Below are positions 1 through 9,337 of a stretch of 64,000 nucleotides of DNA, piece by piece. The position numbers and the translations under genes were made by a program. The notes below the pieces were generated by a model. That model was not told the origin of the DNA. It did not search any database and saw only the letters and a program-made list of their open reading frames with translations. Numbering within the stretch: the stretch's first letter is position 1; every line of letters starts with the position of its first letter. The stretch comes from Eubacteriales bacterium. GTDB lineage: Bacteria > Bacillota > Clostridia > Oscillospirales > CAG-272. The stretch covers positions 21,650-85,649 of the forward strand of contig JAZPYO010000033.1 in NCBI GenBank assembly GCA_045544195.1, read 5' to 3'.

Positions 1-306
1 TTTTTGCTTGCAGCAGAAAACGGAGATTATAGTGCTATAGAGAGAATAAAAGGCGTCCAAAAAGTTCTCGTATTGGATACATACATTGATATTCAATGTG
101 GTGGAGCGGGCTTTGGTCCCAGCACTCACTATTATGGGATTTTTTACTCCGCTGATGATAATTTATGTACAATCGATGTGGCGGGACCAAGAGATAAACT
201 GGTTGAGCACGGTGAAGGCTATTTGTATCAAGAGAAAAGTGGCGATAATCGCTATTATGTAGAGCCGATTGAAAACCACTTCTACTATTATGAAGCACAT
301 TTCTAA
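1..306 (+). CDS. hypothetical protein, C-terminal fragment (gene begins upstream of window)
   Basis: The ORF is open to the window edge, stops at 304-306 and is followed by a strong hairpin terminator. The C-terminus is Tyr/Gly-rich (NRYYVEPIENHFYYYEAHF). I cannot name a family from sequence alone. Confidence 0.45.
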   Translation, partial: FLLAAENGDYSAIERIKGVQKVLVLDTYIDIQCGGAGFGPSTHYYGIFYSADDNLCTIDVAGPRDKLVEHGEGYLYQEKSGDNRYYVEPIENHFYYYEAHF

Positions 307-333
307 CCGACAAATTCCAATTTATCAAACAAT

Positions 334-380
334 ACAAAAATCCCCGACAGACTTTGAAAATCTGTCGGGGTTAATTATTT
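334..380. terminator. bidirectional rho-independent terminator between convergent genes
   Basis: Perfect 10-bp stem CCCCGACAGA (342-351) / TCTGTCGGGG (361-370) with a 9-nt loop. A-run upstream and T-rich run downstream. Confidence 0.8.
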
Positions 381-408
381 GTTTTCTGCGGAGCAAATTT
401 GTTTATCC

Positions 409-456
409 GTAGGGGCGACCATTGGTCGCCCGCGGGCGTTCGATGAACGCCCCTAC
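409..456. other. 48-nt GC-rich element predicted to fold as a perfect three-way junction
   Basis: GTAG-[GGGCGACC ATT GGTCGCCC]-GC-[GGGCGTT CGATG AACGCCC]-CTAC: two GGGCG...CGCCC hairpins closed by GTAG/CTAC. Intergenic, between the GH43 stop (480) and the terminator at 342-370. Confidence 0.5.
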
Positions 457-479
457 AAAACGGTGTTTTTTTATGTGTC

Positions 480-1364
480 TCAGATAGGCTCTAAGCCGTC
501 CTCGGTTTCTCTTATGGGAATAAGCGTTGCTCTTTCGTTAGGGCGAACGTTTGTATGGTGAAGCACCAGACACAATTCGCCGTTGAACTTTTTGAATATC
601 ATACCGTGTCCGCCGTCATTCGTATAAAGCAGTCTGTGATCGTGATGCCATGGACCGAGTATATTACCGCTTTCGCTTACAGCAACCGCCTGAACGTAAA
701 AGCAATGATCGGAAAAGCTCGACCAGAGCATAAGCAGCTTGCCTGAGCTGTGCTTATACAAAAACGGACCGTCGGTTACATAGTTACCGTCTTTACTGTT
801 ATCCTCACCGCCTTGAAGCGTGAACTTCCAATCAACCTCTCCTGCCTTGAAAAGCGTTACAGGCTCAGTTATTACCTCTTTAAGATCATCGGAAAGCTGA
901 ACTGCCTCCATCGTGCCGTCCTTCACCTGCGTCCATTCGTGGCAGTATACTGACCAGGGCTTGCCGTTTTCGTCAACGTAAAACGTAGCATCAAGGCAAT
1001 TCCAATCTTCAGGTGTTAAAGGTTCATTTGTAAGAGGAGCAAAAGGCCCTTTGGGGCTGTCAGCCACAAGAATGTGCGATGCACGGCGGCGGGTCGCACT
1101 TCTGAAGCTCGCAAACATATAATATTTGCCGTTATATTTATGAACCTCGGGAGCGAAAAAGTCCCAATTTGCCCAGAAATCATCGGGACGTGTAAAGCAT
1201 TCAAACGGATCGCTCCACTGCTCAAGATCAACGCTTGTGTAAACATCAAGACCTGTGCAGGGCTTCGGCACACCGTTCACCCCGATCCTTGTACCGTAAA
1301 GATAGTAAACACCGTCCTCGGCAAATATATAAGGGTCTCTTATATGTATATCTGACAATTTCAT
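480..1364 (-). CDS. glycoside hydrolase family 43 protein (beta-xylosidase/alpha-L-arabinofuranosidase type)
   Basis: 294 aa. N-terminal IRDPYI motif, then FAPEV, LDATF and TDGPF blocks typical of the GH43 five-bladed propeller. No signal peptide. Confidence 0.8.
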   Translation of the reverse strand: MKLSDIHIRDPYIFAEDGVYYLYGTRIGVNGVPKPCTGLDVYTSVDLEQWSDPFECFTRPDDFWANWDFFAPEVHKYNGKYYMFASFRSATRRRASHILVADSPKGPFAPLTNEPLTPEDWNCLDATFYVDENGKPWSVYCHEWTQVKDGTMEAVQLSDDLKEVITEPVTLFKAGEVDWKFTLQGGEDNSKDGNYVTDGPFLYKHSSGKLLMLWSSFSDHCFYVQAVAVSESGNILGPWHHDHRLLYTNDGGHGMIFKKFNGELCLVLHHTNVRPNERATLIPIRETEDGLEPI

Positions 1365-1377
1365 TTTTCTTTCTCCT

Positions 1378-2364
1378 TTACAGTAATGTTGAAATAAGCT
1401 CTTCGTAAGATCTCAGGCTTAAATATGCAGGCGGAATATCAAAAACTGTTTTACATCCGATATCGCCCTTTTGTGCCATTCTGTACGCCGCTCTTGCAAA
1501 GGCAATTATTGCAGATGATGTAAATTCGGGATTCGAATCCAGCTTTAAGCTGTATTCAATAACGTGCTTATTCTCACCGTTAAGTCCCGTGCAGCCGCTT
1601 CTGATAACGAATCCGCCGTGCGGCATCGCGCTGTGCTTTTCACGCAGCTCGTCAAGAGAGATGAATGTCACGCTTGTATCATAATCGGCGAAGTAATTCG
1701 GCATTTCCTTAATTTCTTTTTCAATTCTCGCCTTGTCTGCCCCCTCTGATGCTACAACAAAGCATTCGCGTGTGTGCTTTTGTCTTGTTGTAAGGGAAGG
1801 CTCCGTACCGGATCTTACCGCATTAAGTGCAGATTCAACGGGAACTGTGTACTGCTTTGCATCAATTACGCCGTCTATTCTGCGGATGGCATCCGAATGT
1901 CCCTGGCTTACTCCCTTTCCCCAAAATGTATAATCGCTTCCGCACGGCAAAACCGCCTCGCCATACAATCTGTTCAAGGAAAACATACCCGGATCCCAGC
2001 CTGCTGAAATAACTGCGATCTTTTTTCCTTCCTTCGATGCTTTATCCACGTTCGCAAAATGAACGGGGATATTTGCGTGAGTATCAAAGCTGTCAACTAT
2101 ATTGAAAAGCCTTGCAAGCTGAACCGATTGAACGGGCAGATCCTTTGCGCTGCCGCCGCACAGTATCATAACATCTATAAGATCCGTATACTCTGCAACA
2201 CTCTCAGCACTGATGACAGGCACACCGGGTGTTGATATTTTTACGCTTTTCGGATCACGTCTTGTAAACACGGCAGCTAACTGCATATCGGGGTTTTGTC
2301 TTATTGCGCTTTCTATTCCGCGCCCGAGATTGCCGTATCCGTATATTCCTATTCTTATGCTCAT
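1378..2364 (-). CDS. ddh: meso-diaminopimelate D-dehydrogenase
   Basis: 328 aa. N-terminal Rossmann motif IGIYGYGNLGRG. Length and overall sequence match Ddh. Only 13 nt separate it from the downstream GH43 gene. Confidence 0.85.
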   Translation of the reverse strand: MSIRIGIYGYGNLGRGIESAIRQNPDMQLAAVFTRRDPKSVKISTPGVPVISAESVAEYTDLIDVMILCGGSAKDLPVQSVQLARLFNIVDSFDTHANIPVHFANVDKASKEGKKIAVISAGWDPGMFSLNRLYGEAVLPCGSDYTFWGKGVSQGHSDAIRRIDGVIDAKQYTVPVESALNAVRSGTEPSLTTRQKHTRECFVVASEGADKARIEKEIKEMPNYFADYDTSVTFISLDELREKHSAMPHGGFVIRSGCTGLNGENKHVIEYSLKLDSNPEFTSSAIIAFARAAYRMAQKGDIGCKTVFDIPPAYLSLRSYEELISTLL

Positions 2365-2429
2365 ATAAAACTCCGTTTTGTATTTTTCATTATTATATCA
2401 CAGTATTATTCCTTTTTCAATACCGATAA

Positions 2430-2460
2430 CAAAAATTGCCGCAAATAAATTGCGGCAATT
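2430..2460 (-). terminator. rho-independent terminator after ispH-S1 gene
   Basis: Hairpin ATTGCCGC...GCGGCAAT (2435-2459), followed on the minus strand by TTTTTGT. Confidence 0.7.
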
Positions 2461-2476
2461 TTAATGTTAATACTGA

Positions 2477-4537
2477 TTATTCAGCGTCATTCTGACCTTC
2501 AATGGGAGCCTCGTCCGAATATACGAGTGTTTCGCCATCTTCCTGTTCTTCCTCCTCAACAGCTTCCTCAGCGGGAGCTATGAGAGCGCGGATGGAAAGA
2601 CCGATCTGATGCTTTTCCTCGTCTACGGAAACGATCTTGGCTTCAACCTCTTCGCCTACCGTAAGTACATCGCCGGGCTTGTCTATCTTTCTGTCAGCGA
2701 TCTGAGAGATGTGGATAAGACCGTCAGCGCCCGGAAGTATCTGTGCAAATGCGCCGAAGGGCATAAGGCTTACTATCTTAACCTTAACAACATCGCCTAC
2801 ATTGTACTGATTGGTGAACAGTGTCCAGGGATTTGATTCCTCTGTCTTGTATCCGAGGGCAATGCGTCTTTTTTCAGCATCGAATTCCTTAACGAAAACT
2901 TCGATCTTCTGACCTACAGCAACTACCTGTGCAGGATTCTTTATTCTCTGCCAGGAAAGCTCTGTAACGTGTACCATACCGTCGATGCCGCATCCGAGAT
3001 CAACAAATGCACCGTATGATGTAAGAGACTTGATCTCACCTACATAGTGCTTACCAACCTCAATGTTTGCCCAGAATTCAGCCTCAGCCTTCTTTCTTTC
3101 CTCACGCACAACAACACGCTCAGACGCCTTTGCTCTGTGCTTTGCTTCATCGATCTCAATGATCTTGACCTTTGCACGCTTGCCGTTAACTGTTGTAAGG
3201 TCGCCGTCGCGGGGAACAGTCGTGTGTGATGCGGGAACGAACACTCTCACGCCGTCAATGGACATAATAACGCCGCCCTTAACGACTTCGACATATCTTC
3301 CTTCAAGTATTTCGCCGCTTTCATATGCAGCAACGATAGATGACCACTTGTTCTTTGCGTCGATCTTCTTTTTGGAAAGAACAGCAACACCGTCAACATC
3401 AGATACTCTTACTGCTATTGCCTGCACCGTGTCGCCAACCTTGAAAACCTCTTCCAGCTTGATGCCGGGCTCATCGGTAATATCGTCATATGACAATATA
3501 CCTGTAACTTTTGCACCAAGATCGACATGTATCTCATTGCTGGATACCGCTATAACAGTACCCGTTACGACATCTCCTGTATTTAAAGTTTTGAAAGATT
3601 CCTCCAGCATTTGTGCGAAATTTTCTTCGCCTACATTTTTGAGTTCCTCGCTCATTTTTCTTCTTACCTCCTGTATTATACTATCCGGCGTTGAAGCACC
3701 GGCAGTTATTCCTATATTATTGTATTCTGAAAAATCATACTCATCAAGCTCTGACACTCGTTCGATCATAATAGCATGACGGCAGTTTTCCTTTGCTATA
3801 TGAAAAAGTTTGTTCGTATTTGAGCTATCAGCACCGCCAATTATCACCATTATGTCAACTTTTGATGAAAGTTCTTCGGTTTCTTTTTGTCTGTTTTCAG
3901 TTACACTGCATATTGTATCAAAAATTTTTGTATTAGTATATAGTTTTTTGAGTTTTTTTTGTGACTTTTTACACTCAAACAAATTTTGTGTTGTTTGAGA
4001 TACCATTATTGTCTTTGCAGGCTCAATTTTTCTCCTGCTTGCCATTTTTTCAATATCCTCTTCGAATAATACTGTTTCAACATCACCGTTCGCGTAGCTT
4101 TTTATACCCTCTACCTCGGGATGCTTACTGTCACCGAATACGACTGTAAGCGTATCAGCATCGGAATTATCGTTTACGATATTATGAATTTTTTTAACAT
4201 ATGGGCATGTACAGTCTACGAAAGAAAAATACGGATTGTCCTCTGCGCTCTTTGCGAGCTTTTCGGAAATATCCCTCGTCACCCCGTGAGTTCTTACTAT
4301 TATCACCGCAGGATTATCCTTTTCGGCGCTTTTGACTATGGAATCTATATCGTCAATGGATATTATCCTTACGCCCTTTGCTTCAAGCTCCTCTGTAACT
4401 ATCGGGTTATGAATGATCTTTCCGAGTGTATATATACGCGAGCCGCTTTGCTCCTTTATTATATCGTATACCGTCTTTATTGCTCTTTCAACTCCAAAGC
4501 AAAATCCCGCGTATTTTGCAACTGTTACGTTTTTCAT
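2477..4537 (-). CDS. ispH: bifunctional 4-hydroxy-3-methylbut-2-enyl diphosphate reductase (IspH/LytB) fused to ribosomal-protein-S1-like RNA-binding repeats
   Basis: 686 aa. N-terminal AKYAGFCFGVERAI and later IspH blocks, followed by four S1-domain repeats (for example GxVxxxxxxGAFVDLG-like segments). This fusion is well known in Clostridia. Confidence 0.9.
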   Translation of the reverse strand: MKNVTVAKYAGFCFGVERAIKTVYDIIKEQSGSRIYTLGKIIHNPIVTEELEAKGVRIISIDDIDSIVKSAEKDNPAVIIVRTHGVTRDISEKLAKSAEDNPYFSFVDCTCPYVKKIHNIVNDNSDADTLTVVFGDSKHPEVEGIKSYANGDVETVLFEEDIEKMASRRKIEPAKTIMVSQTTQNLFECKKSQKKLKKLYTNTKIFDTICSVTENRQKETEELSSKVDIMVIIGGADSSNTNKLFHIAKENCRHAIMIERVSELDEYDFSEYNNIGITAGASTPDSIIQEVRRKMSEELKNVGEENFAQMLEESFKTLNTGDVVTGTVIAVSSNEIHVDLGAKVTGILSYDDITDEPGIKLEEVFKVGDTVQAIAVRVSDVDGVAVLSKKKIDAKNKWSSIVAAYESGEILEGRYVEVVKGGVIMSIDGVRVFVPASHTTVPRDGDLTTVNGKRAKVKIIEIDEAKHRAKASERVVVREERKKAEAEFWANIEVGKHYVGEIKSLTSYGAFVDLGCGIDGMVHVTELSWQRIKNPAQVVAVGQKIEVFVKEFDAEKRRIALGYKTEESNPWTLFTNQYNVGDVVKVKIVSLMPFGAFAQILPGADGLIHISQIADRKIDKPGDVLTVGEEVEAKIVSVDEEKHQIGLSIRALIAPAEEAVEEEEQEDGETLVYSDEAPIEGQNDAE

Positions 4538-5148
4538 TTATCCGCCTTTTCCTTATCAAGCTCGCATATCGTTTTGAATATTTTGTTCGACGCTTCCTCA
4601 TACTCACGCTTGATCCCTTCGGTTATTCCCAAAGATGAATATTCTATCGGCTTTCCTATGATGACCGTCGTTCTTTTGAAAAATCCCGCTTTATTATTCT
4701 TTGTTTTGATATACACGGGAATAACATCACATTCAGCGCGGCTGAGTATAAGTCCTGCTCCGCTTTTAACCGATGTTGTTTCAGGTGCTACATGAGGGCA
4801 TCTTGTTCCCTGCGGAAACATTCCGACAAATTCTCCGTCCTTCAAAAGCTTTACCGTTGTTTTAAGAGATGTAACATCTGTTCCGCCTCTGGTCACAGGG
4901 AAAGCGCCGAAGCTCCTTATAACGAAGCTCAGAACGGGTATTTTGAACAGCTCCGCCTTGCCCATAAATTTTATAGGAAGTTCCATAGCCGCTGCAAGAA
5001 TAATGGGATCAACAAATGCAGTATGGTTCGCACACACAAGCGCGGGGCCTGTTTTGGGTATATTCTCAAGTCCCTGTACACTTTTTATACCGAGTATGAA
5101 GCGCACAAAGCCGCCAAGCGTTTTGATCGCGCCCGTATAAAAGCTCAT
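4534..5148 (-). CDS. plsC: 1-acyl-sn-glycerol-3-phosphate acyltransferase
   Basis: HX4D acyltransferase motif NHTAFVDP, then FPQGTR. I place the start at the ATG at 5148, which forms an ATGA overlap with the cmk stop. The longer ORF to 5193 would run into cmk. Confidence 0.85.
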   Translation of the reverse strand: MSFYTGAIKTLGGFVRFILGIKSVQGLENIPKTGPALVCANHTAFVDPIILAAAMELPIKFMGKAELFKIPVLSFVIRSFGAFPVTRGGTDVTSLKTTVKLLKDGEFVGMFPQGTRCPHVAPETTSVKSGAGLILSRAECDVIPVYIKTKNNKAGFFKRTTVIIGKPIEYSSLGITEGIKREYEEASNKIFKTICELDKEKADK

Positions 5149-5816
5149 ATCGAAAACCTTTCCTTCGCAAGCGATATAATGTAATCTACACACTGCTGAA
5201 GATCGTATTCCGTATTGTCAAATATTACTGCATCGTCCGCAGGAACAGCAGGAGCTATCTTTCTGCCCTTATCGTTTTCATCACGCTTTTTCATAAGAGT
5301 CAGGACCTCTTCAAACGTAACACTTTCGCCCTTTTCCGTAAGCTCCTTATATCTGCGGCGCGCCCTTGCCTCATCATTTGCAACGAGGAATACCTTAAGG
5401 CCTGCATTCGGCAGTATTACCGTACCGATGTCACGTCCGTCCATGATCACATCCTGCTTTGCGGCGATCTGCCGCTGTGTATTCAAAAGAAAATCTCTTA
5501 CCGCCTGTATTGCAGAAACGGCTGAGGCATACATTGAAGCCTCATTCGATCTTATCAAGGAATCCACGCATCTGCCGTTGAGATATATATGCTGAACGCC
5601 GTCCTGAAATTCAAGCCCTACGTTTACATTCTTCAGTGCATCAGCAACCGCTGACGGATCCTTTGGATCTATACCGTTTTCAAGCATATAAAGACCTACT
5701 GTGCGGTACATTGCACCCGTATCAACGTGAATAAGCCCGAGTGCTTTGGCAACCGCCTTTGCAAGTGAGCTTTTTCCTGCCCCCGAAGGACCGTCTATAG
5801 CAATATTAATACGCAT
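5145..5816 (-). CDS. cmk: cytidylate kinase
   Basis: 223 aa. P-loop IAIDGPSGAGKSS and the typical Cmk sequence DTGAMYR. Confidence 0.95.
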   Translation of the reverse strand: MRINIAIDGPSGAGKSSLAKAVAKALGLIHVDTGAMYRTVGLYMLENGIDPKDPSAVADALKNVNVGLEFQDGVQHIYLNGRCVDSLIRSNEASMYASAVSAIQAVRDFLLNTQRQIAAKQDVIMDGRDIGTVILPNAGLKVFLVANDEARARRRYKELTEKGESVTFEEVLTLMKKRDENDKGRKIAPAVPADDAVIFDNTEYDLQQCVDYIISLAKERFSI

Positions 5817-5831
5817 TTTAGTGAAATCCTT

Positions 5832-7061
5832 TCAGATATCTTGTATTATTGAGCTTGCCGCCGCATACGCGGTAGAAAATGCTATCTGTAAATTAAATCC
5901 GCCCGTAAAGCCATCGCAGTCAATGACCTCTCCTGCAAAATACAATCCCGCAATCAGCTTTGAGCACATAGTTTTCTGATTTATCTCCTTGACGCTGACA
6001 CCGCCCGAGGTGATTATCGCGTCGTTTATATCGGAAAAGCCGTCAACCGTAAGCGGAAAAGCCTTAAGAAGCGAAAGCAACTCTCTGCGTTGCTGCTTTG
6101 TGATCTCATTGACCTTTTTGTGCGGATCTATGCCTGACAGACGTATGACAGGCTCTATCATCTTCTGCGGAAGCAATGCCCCGAGAGAATTTGAAAAATT
6201 CTTGTTCAGATTTTTGCCGAAGTCGGATATAAGACGCTTATCAAGCTCAGATTCGTCAAGCGCCGGCTTTAAGTCAATATACAGCTTATATCTGCCCTTT
6301 TCCATCTGCCTTATCGCGCTTGATGCGCTCAGCACAACAGGACCGCTTACACCGAAATGCGTGAACAGCATTTCACCGAATTGGCGGTATACCGTTTTTC
6401 CGTTCTGTGTGTCTACTACCTTAAGCTCGATATTCTTCAGCGAAAGTCCCATCATTTCAGCACATACTCTTTCACGGCAGACAAGCGGCACAAGCGACGG
6501 CTTTATCTCCGTTACCGTATGACCGAGCGATCTTGCAAAAGCGTATCCGTCGCCTGTTGAGCCTGTTCCCCTGTAAGATGCTCCGCCGGTTGCGATAAGA
6601 ACCTTGTCGTATTCAGCCGTTCCGCCGTCATAGCTTACAGTAAAGATGCCGTCACAGCTTTTAATATCCGTAACACGCTTCGTTATGAGTCTTGCGCCGC
6701 TTTTACGGCAATTATCGACAAGTGCGTTTGCTATATCGTGGGCGCTGTCTGACACGGGGAACACTCTGTTTCCCCTTTCCGTTTTCAACGGAACTCCGAG
6801 CTGCTCAAAAAACTGCATCGTATCATTGCAGTCAAACGCTGAATAAGCTGAATAAAGAAACTTCGGATTTGTTATGATATTTGAAAAAAACTCGTCCCTT
6901 GTACAATTATTGGTGACATTGCATCTGCCCTTGCCCGTGATACGCAGTTTTTTTCCGAAAAGTGTATTTTTATCGTATATATCGGTCTGCACTCCGTTTT
7001 TCGCGCACATACCGCCCGCGAAAAGCCCCGCAGCGCCGCCGCCTATTATTGCAAGCTTCAT
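5832..7061 (-). CDS. NAD(P)/FAD-dependent oxidoreductase, HI0933/BaiN family
   Basis: Dinucleotide fold IIGGGAAGLFAG and the family block LRITGKGRCNVTN. Start chosen at MKLAIIGGG (7061) rather than the upstream in-frame ATG at 7121. Confidence 0.85.
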   Translation of the reverse strand: MKLAIIGGGAAGLFAGGMCAKNGVQTDIYDKNTLFGKKLRITGKGRCNVTNNCTRDEFFSNIITNPKFLYSAYSAFDCNDTMQFFEQLGVPLKTERGNRVFPVSDSAHDIANALVDNCRKSGARLITKRVTDIKSCDGIFTVSYDGGTAEYDKVLIATGGASYRGTGSTGDGYAFARSLGHTVTEIKPSLVPLVCRERVCAEMMGLSLKNIELKVVDTQNGKTVYRQFGEMLFTHFGVSGPVVLSASSAIRQMEKGRYKLYIDLKPALDESELDKRLISDFGKNLNKNFSNSLGALLPQKMIEPVIRLSGIDPHKKVNEITKQQRRELLSLLKAFPLTVDGFSDINDAIITSGGVSVKEINQKTMCSKLIAGLYFAGEVIDCDGFTGGFNLQIAFSTAYAAASSIIQDI

Positions 7062-7081
7062 ATTCAAGGCTGAAGACACCG

Positions 7082-7957
7082 TCAATTGCCGGATTTGGCG
7101 TAAACGTCGTACTTGCCCCACACGTCCTCAAGCTCGTTGAAAACGTCCATAAGCTCTTTTTCCTTTTTTCTTCCGATAGCTACCGTCATAGCATTTATGA
7201 TACTGAGCGGAGCTACAAGGCTGTCAACAAACGATGCCATATCGCTTCTTGCTGTAAGAACGCAATCGGATATTTCGGCAATAGGAGAATCGTTGGTATC
7301 CGTTATTGCGATCGTTCTTGCGCCCTTTGATCTTGCGAACTCCATAGCGTTCACAATACGCTTTGAATAGCGCGGAAAACTGATGCCGATTATAACATCG
7401 TCAGGACCTATCCTGAACAGCTGCTCGAATATTTCCGAGCGGCTTTGTGTATTTACGAGCTTTACGTCATCAAACATCATCGTGAAATAAAAATTCATAA
7501 ACTGCGCAAGAGATGCAGACGAGCGTACGCCCATAATGTATATACGGCGTGATGAAATGACCGTGTCAACTGCCTTATTGAAATCATCTTTATTTATGCA
7601 GTCAAGGGTTATCTTCATCTTTTCTATGTCGAAATTGACTACCTTTTCAAGAATGTCTCCGTCGCCTATTCTGTCATTCGCGATCTCTATACGCTGAAGC
7701 GTTGTAAGACGGGTGCGGATAAGCTCCCTCAAGGATCTTTGCAATGCGGGATATCCGTCAAACCCAAGCTCAATGGCAAATCTTACGACGGTAGACTCCG
7801 ACACGTTGACCTCCGAGCCCAGCTTCAGAGCAGTCATATACGCCGCCTTGTCATAATGCTCAAGCATATAGCGCGCAATAGCTCTCTGCCCCTTGGAAAA
7901 GCTGTCCATCGAATTTTCTATAACGTTTAAAATATCCATATTTACCGTCCGAATCAA
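7082..7957 (-). CDS. MurR/RpiR family transcriptional regulator (HTH + SIS domain)
   Basis: 291 aa. N-terminal RpiR-type HTH (SKGQRAIARYMLEHY...VSESTVVRF) and a C-terminal SIS sugar-phosphate-binding domain. 4-nt overlap with the asd stop. Confidence 0.85.
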   Translation of the reverse strand: MIRTVNMDILNVIENSMDSFSKGQRAIARYMLEHYDKAAYMTALKLGSEVNVSESTVVRFAIELGFDGYPALQRSLRELIRTRLTTLQRIEIANDRIGDGDILEKVVNFDIEKMKITLDCINKDDFNKAVDTVISSRRIYIMGVRSSASLAQFMNFYFTMMFDDVKLVNTQSRSEIFEQLFRIGPDDVIIGISFPRYSKRIVNAMEFARSKGARTIAITDTNDSPIAEISDCVLTARSDMASFVDSLVAPLSIINAMTVAIGRKKEKELMDVFNELEDVWGKYDVYAKSGN

Positions 7958-9030
7958 TAAATGAATCCTTCGGATGCAAGAAGCTCAGCTATAAGAACTG
8001 CACCGCCTGCCGCACCGCGCAAAGTATTGTGCGAAAGACCTACGAATTTGTAATCGTATACTGTATCCTCACGCAGTCTGCCCGCTGTGATGCCCATTCC
8101 CTTGTGTATATCTCTGTCGAGCTTCGTCTGAGGACGGTTATCCTCTTCAAAATATGTTATGAACTGCTCGGGAGCTGAGGGGAGCTTGAGCGCCTGAGGC
8201 TTACCTGAATATTCCTTCCACGCGTTGAGTATCTCTTCCTTTGTGGGCTTCTGCTCAAAGCTGATGAAAACTGCCGCCATATGACCGTCGGAAACGGGAA
8301 CACGGATGCACTGTGTTGTTATAGTGGGAGTTGATGCGGGAACGATCTTTCCGTCCTTCACCTGACCCCATACACGAAGCGGCTCCTTCTCGCTTTTTTC
8401 TTCCTCGCCGCCGATATAGGGAATTACGTTATCTATCATTTCAGGCCACTGAGCAAACGTTTTGCCTGCACCGGATATTGCCTGATACGTCGTTGCAACA
8501 ACAGTCGTGGGCTTGAACTTCAAAAGGGGAGTTATAAGCGGAACGTATGACTGGATAGAGCAGTTAGGCTTAACTGCGATGAAGCCCTTCTTTGTGCCAA
8601 GACGCTCCTTCTGGTATTTTATTACCTCAACATGATCGTCATTGATCTCGGGTATCATCATGGGAACATCCTCTGTCCAGCGGTTAGCGGAGTTATTTGA
8701 AACTACAACTACCTCTGCCTTTGCGTACGCTTCCTCAAGAGCCTTGTTCTCATCCTTCTTCATATCAACAGCGCAGAATACGAAATCGACCATAGATGCA
8801 ACCTTTTCAACCTCTGCTGCATCGTATACTGTCATATTCTTTGCGTATTCGGGAATATCTCCGTCGAGCTTCCATCTGCCCTCTACCGCTTTTTCATAGG
8901 GTACGCCTGCGCTTCTCGAGCTTGCCGCCAATGCACAGACCTCAAACATAGGGTGTCCGTCAAGAAGCTTTATAAATCTCTGACCTACCATACCGGTCGC
9001 GCCGATTATACCGGCTTTTATCTTACTCAT
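7954..9030 (-). CDS. asd: aspartate-semialdehyde dehydrogenase
   Basis: 358 aa. N-terminal IIGATGMVGQRF, an active-site region with NCSIQ, and a C-terminal SHNTLRGAAGGAV block. Confidence 0.95.
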   Translation of the reverse strand: MSKIKAGIIGATGMVGQRFIKLLDGHPMFEVCALAASSRSAGVPYEKAVEGRWKLDGDIPEYAKNMTVYDAAEVEKVASMVDFVFCAVDMKKDENKALEEAYAKAEVVVVSNNSANRWTEDVPMMIPEINDDHVEVIKYQKERLGTKKGFIAVKPNCSIQSYVPLITPLLKFKPTTVVATTYQAISGAGKTFAQWPEMIDNVIPYIGGEEEKSEKEPLRVWGQVKDGKIVPASTPTITTQCIRVPVSDGHMAAVFISFEQKPTKEEILNAWKEYSGKPQALKLPSAPEQFITYFEEDNRPQTKLDRDIHKGMGITAGRLREDTVYDYKFVGLSHNTLRGAAGGAVLIAELLASEGFIY

Positions 9031-9132
9031 ACAAATATCCTTTCTGCAAGACGGAATACCAAGCCGCTGACGACTTTGAAAGATTGCATCCTTTAATCTT
9101 GCACCAAATTAATAATTACATAATCGGCTAAT

Positions 9133-9161
9133 ATTATATCAGCACTAAAAGAATTTGTCAA
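9133..9161 (-). promoter_or_regulatory. consensus sigma-A promoter for asd operon
   Basis: On the minus strand: TTGACA (9161-9156), a 17-nt spacer, then TATAAT (9138-9133). About 95-nt leader to the ATG at 9030. Confidence 0.7.
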
Positions 9162-9290
9162 TATATCAAATGTAAAGATAATAATTTATTTTATTAATAT
9201 TAATACTATTGCGCTATAAGATCACATAAAGCAGCATACGTATGCTTTAAAAGTATATGATAAAAACGCAAGGGCTGACATTGTATATTT

Positions 9291-9331
9291 CAAAAAAAGC
9301 AACAAGGCACAGGTTTTGCGTATCCTGTGCC
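9291..9331 (-). terminator. rho-independent terminator after ybaK-like gene
   Basis: Stem GGCACAGG (9306-9313) / CCTGTGCC (9324-9331), followed on the minus strand by TTGTTGCTTTTTTTG. Confidence 0.8.
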
Positions 9332-9337
9332 TGTATT

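Noticed and set aside
379-561. 60-aa ORF (MFSAEQICLSVGATIGRPRAFDERPYK...)
   Set aside because: It is created by reading through the GC-rich hairpin element at 409-456 and then into the antisense of the GH43 3' end. It has no SD. The peptide is of the kind spuriously generated by palindromic repeats.
3063-3779. 238-aa plus-strand ORF, with similar long antisense ORFs at 4121-4795, 11341-12156, 22129-23052, 5989-6522 and 43763-44236
   Set aside because: Each lies entirely antisense to a strongly supported conserved gene (ispH-S1, plsC, the Gfo oxidoreductase, relA, the HI0933 protein, the glucan-synthase-like gene). Each has low-complexity or Ser/Thr/Leu-rich translations and lacks a Shine-Dalgarno sequence. 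These are typical shadow ORFs.
9031-9300. Possible lysine riboswitch (L-box) upstream of asd
   Set aside because: The transcribed leader is only about 95 nt, too short for an L-box, and I could not find the conserved L-box core motifs by eye. Only an unclassified alternative-pairing leader is reported.
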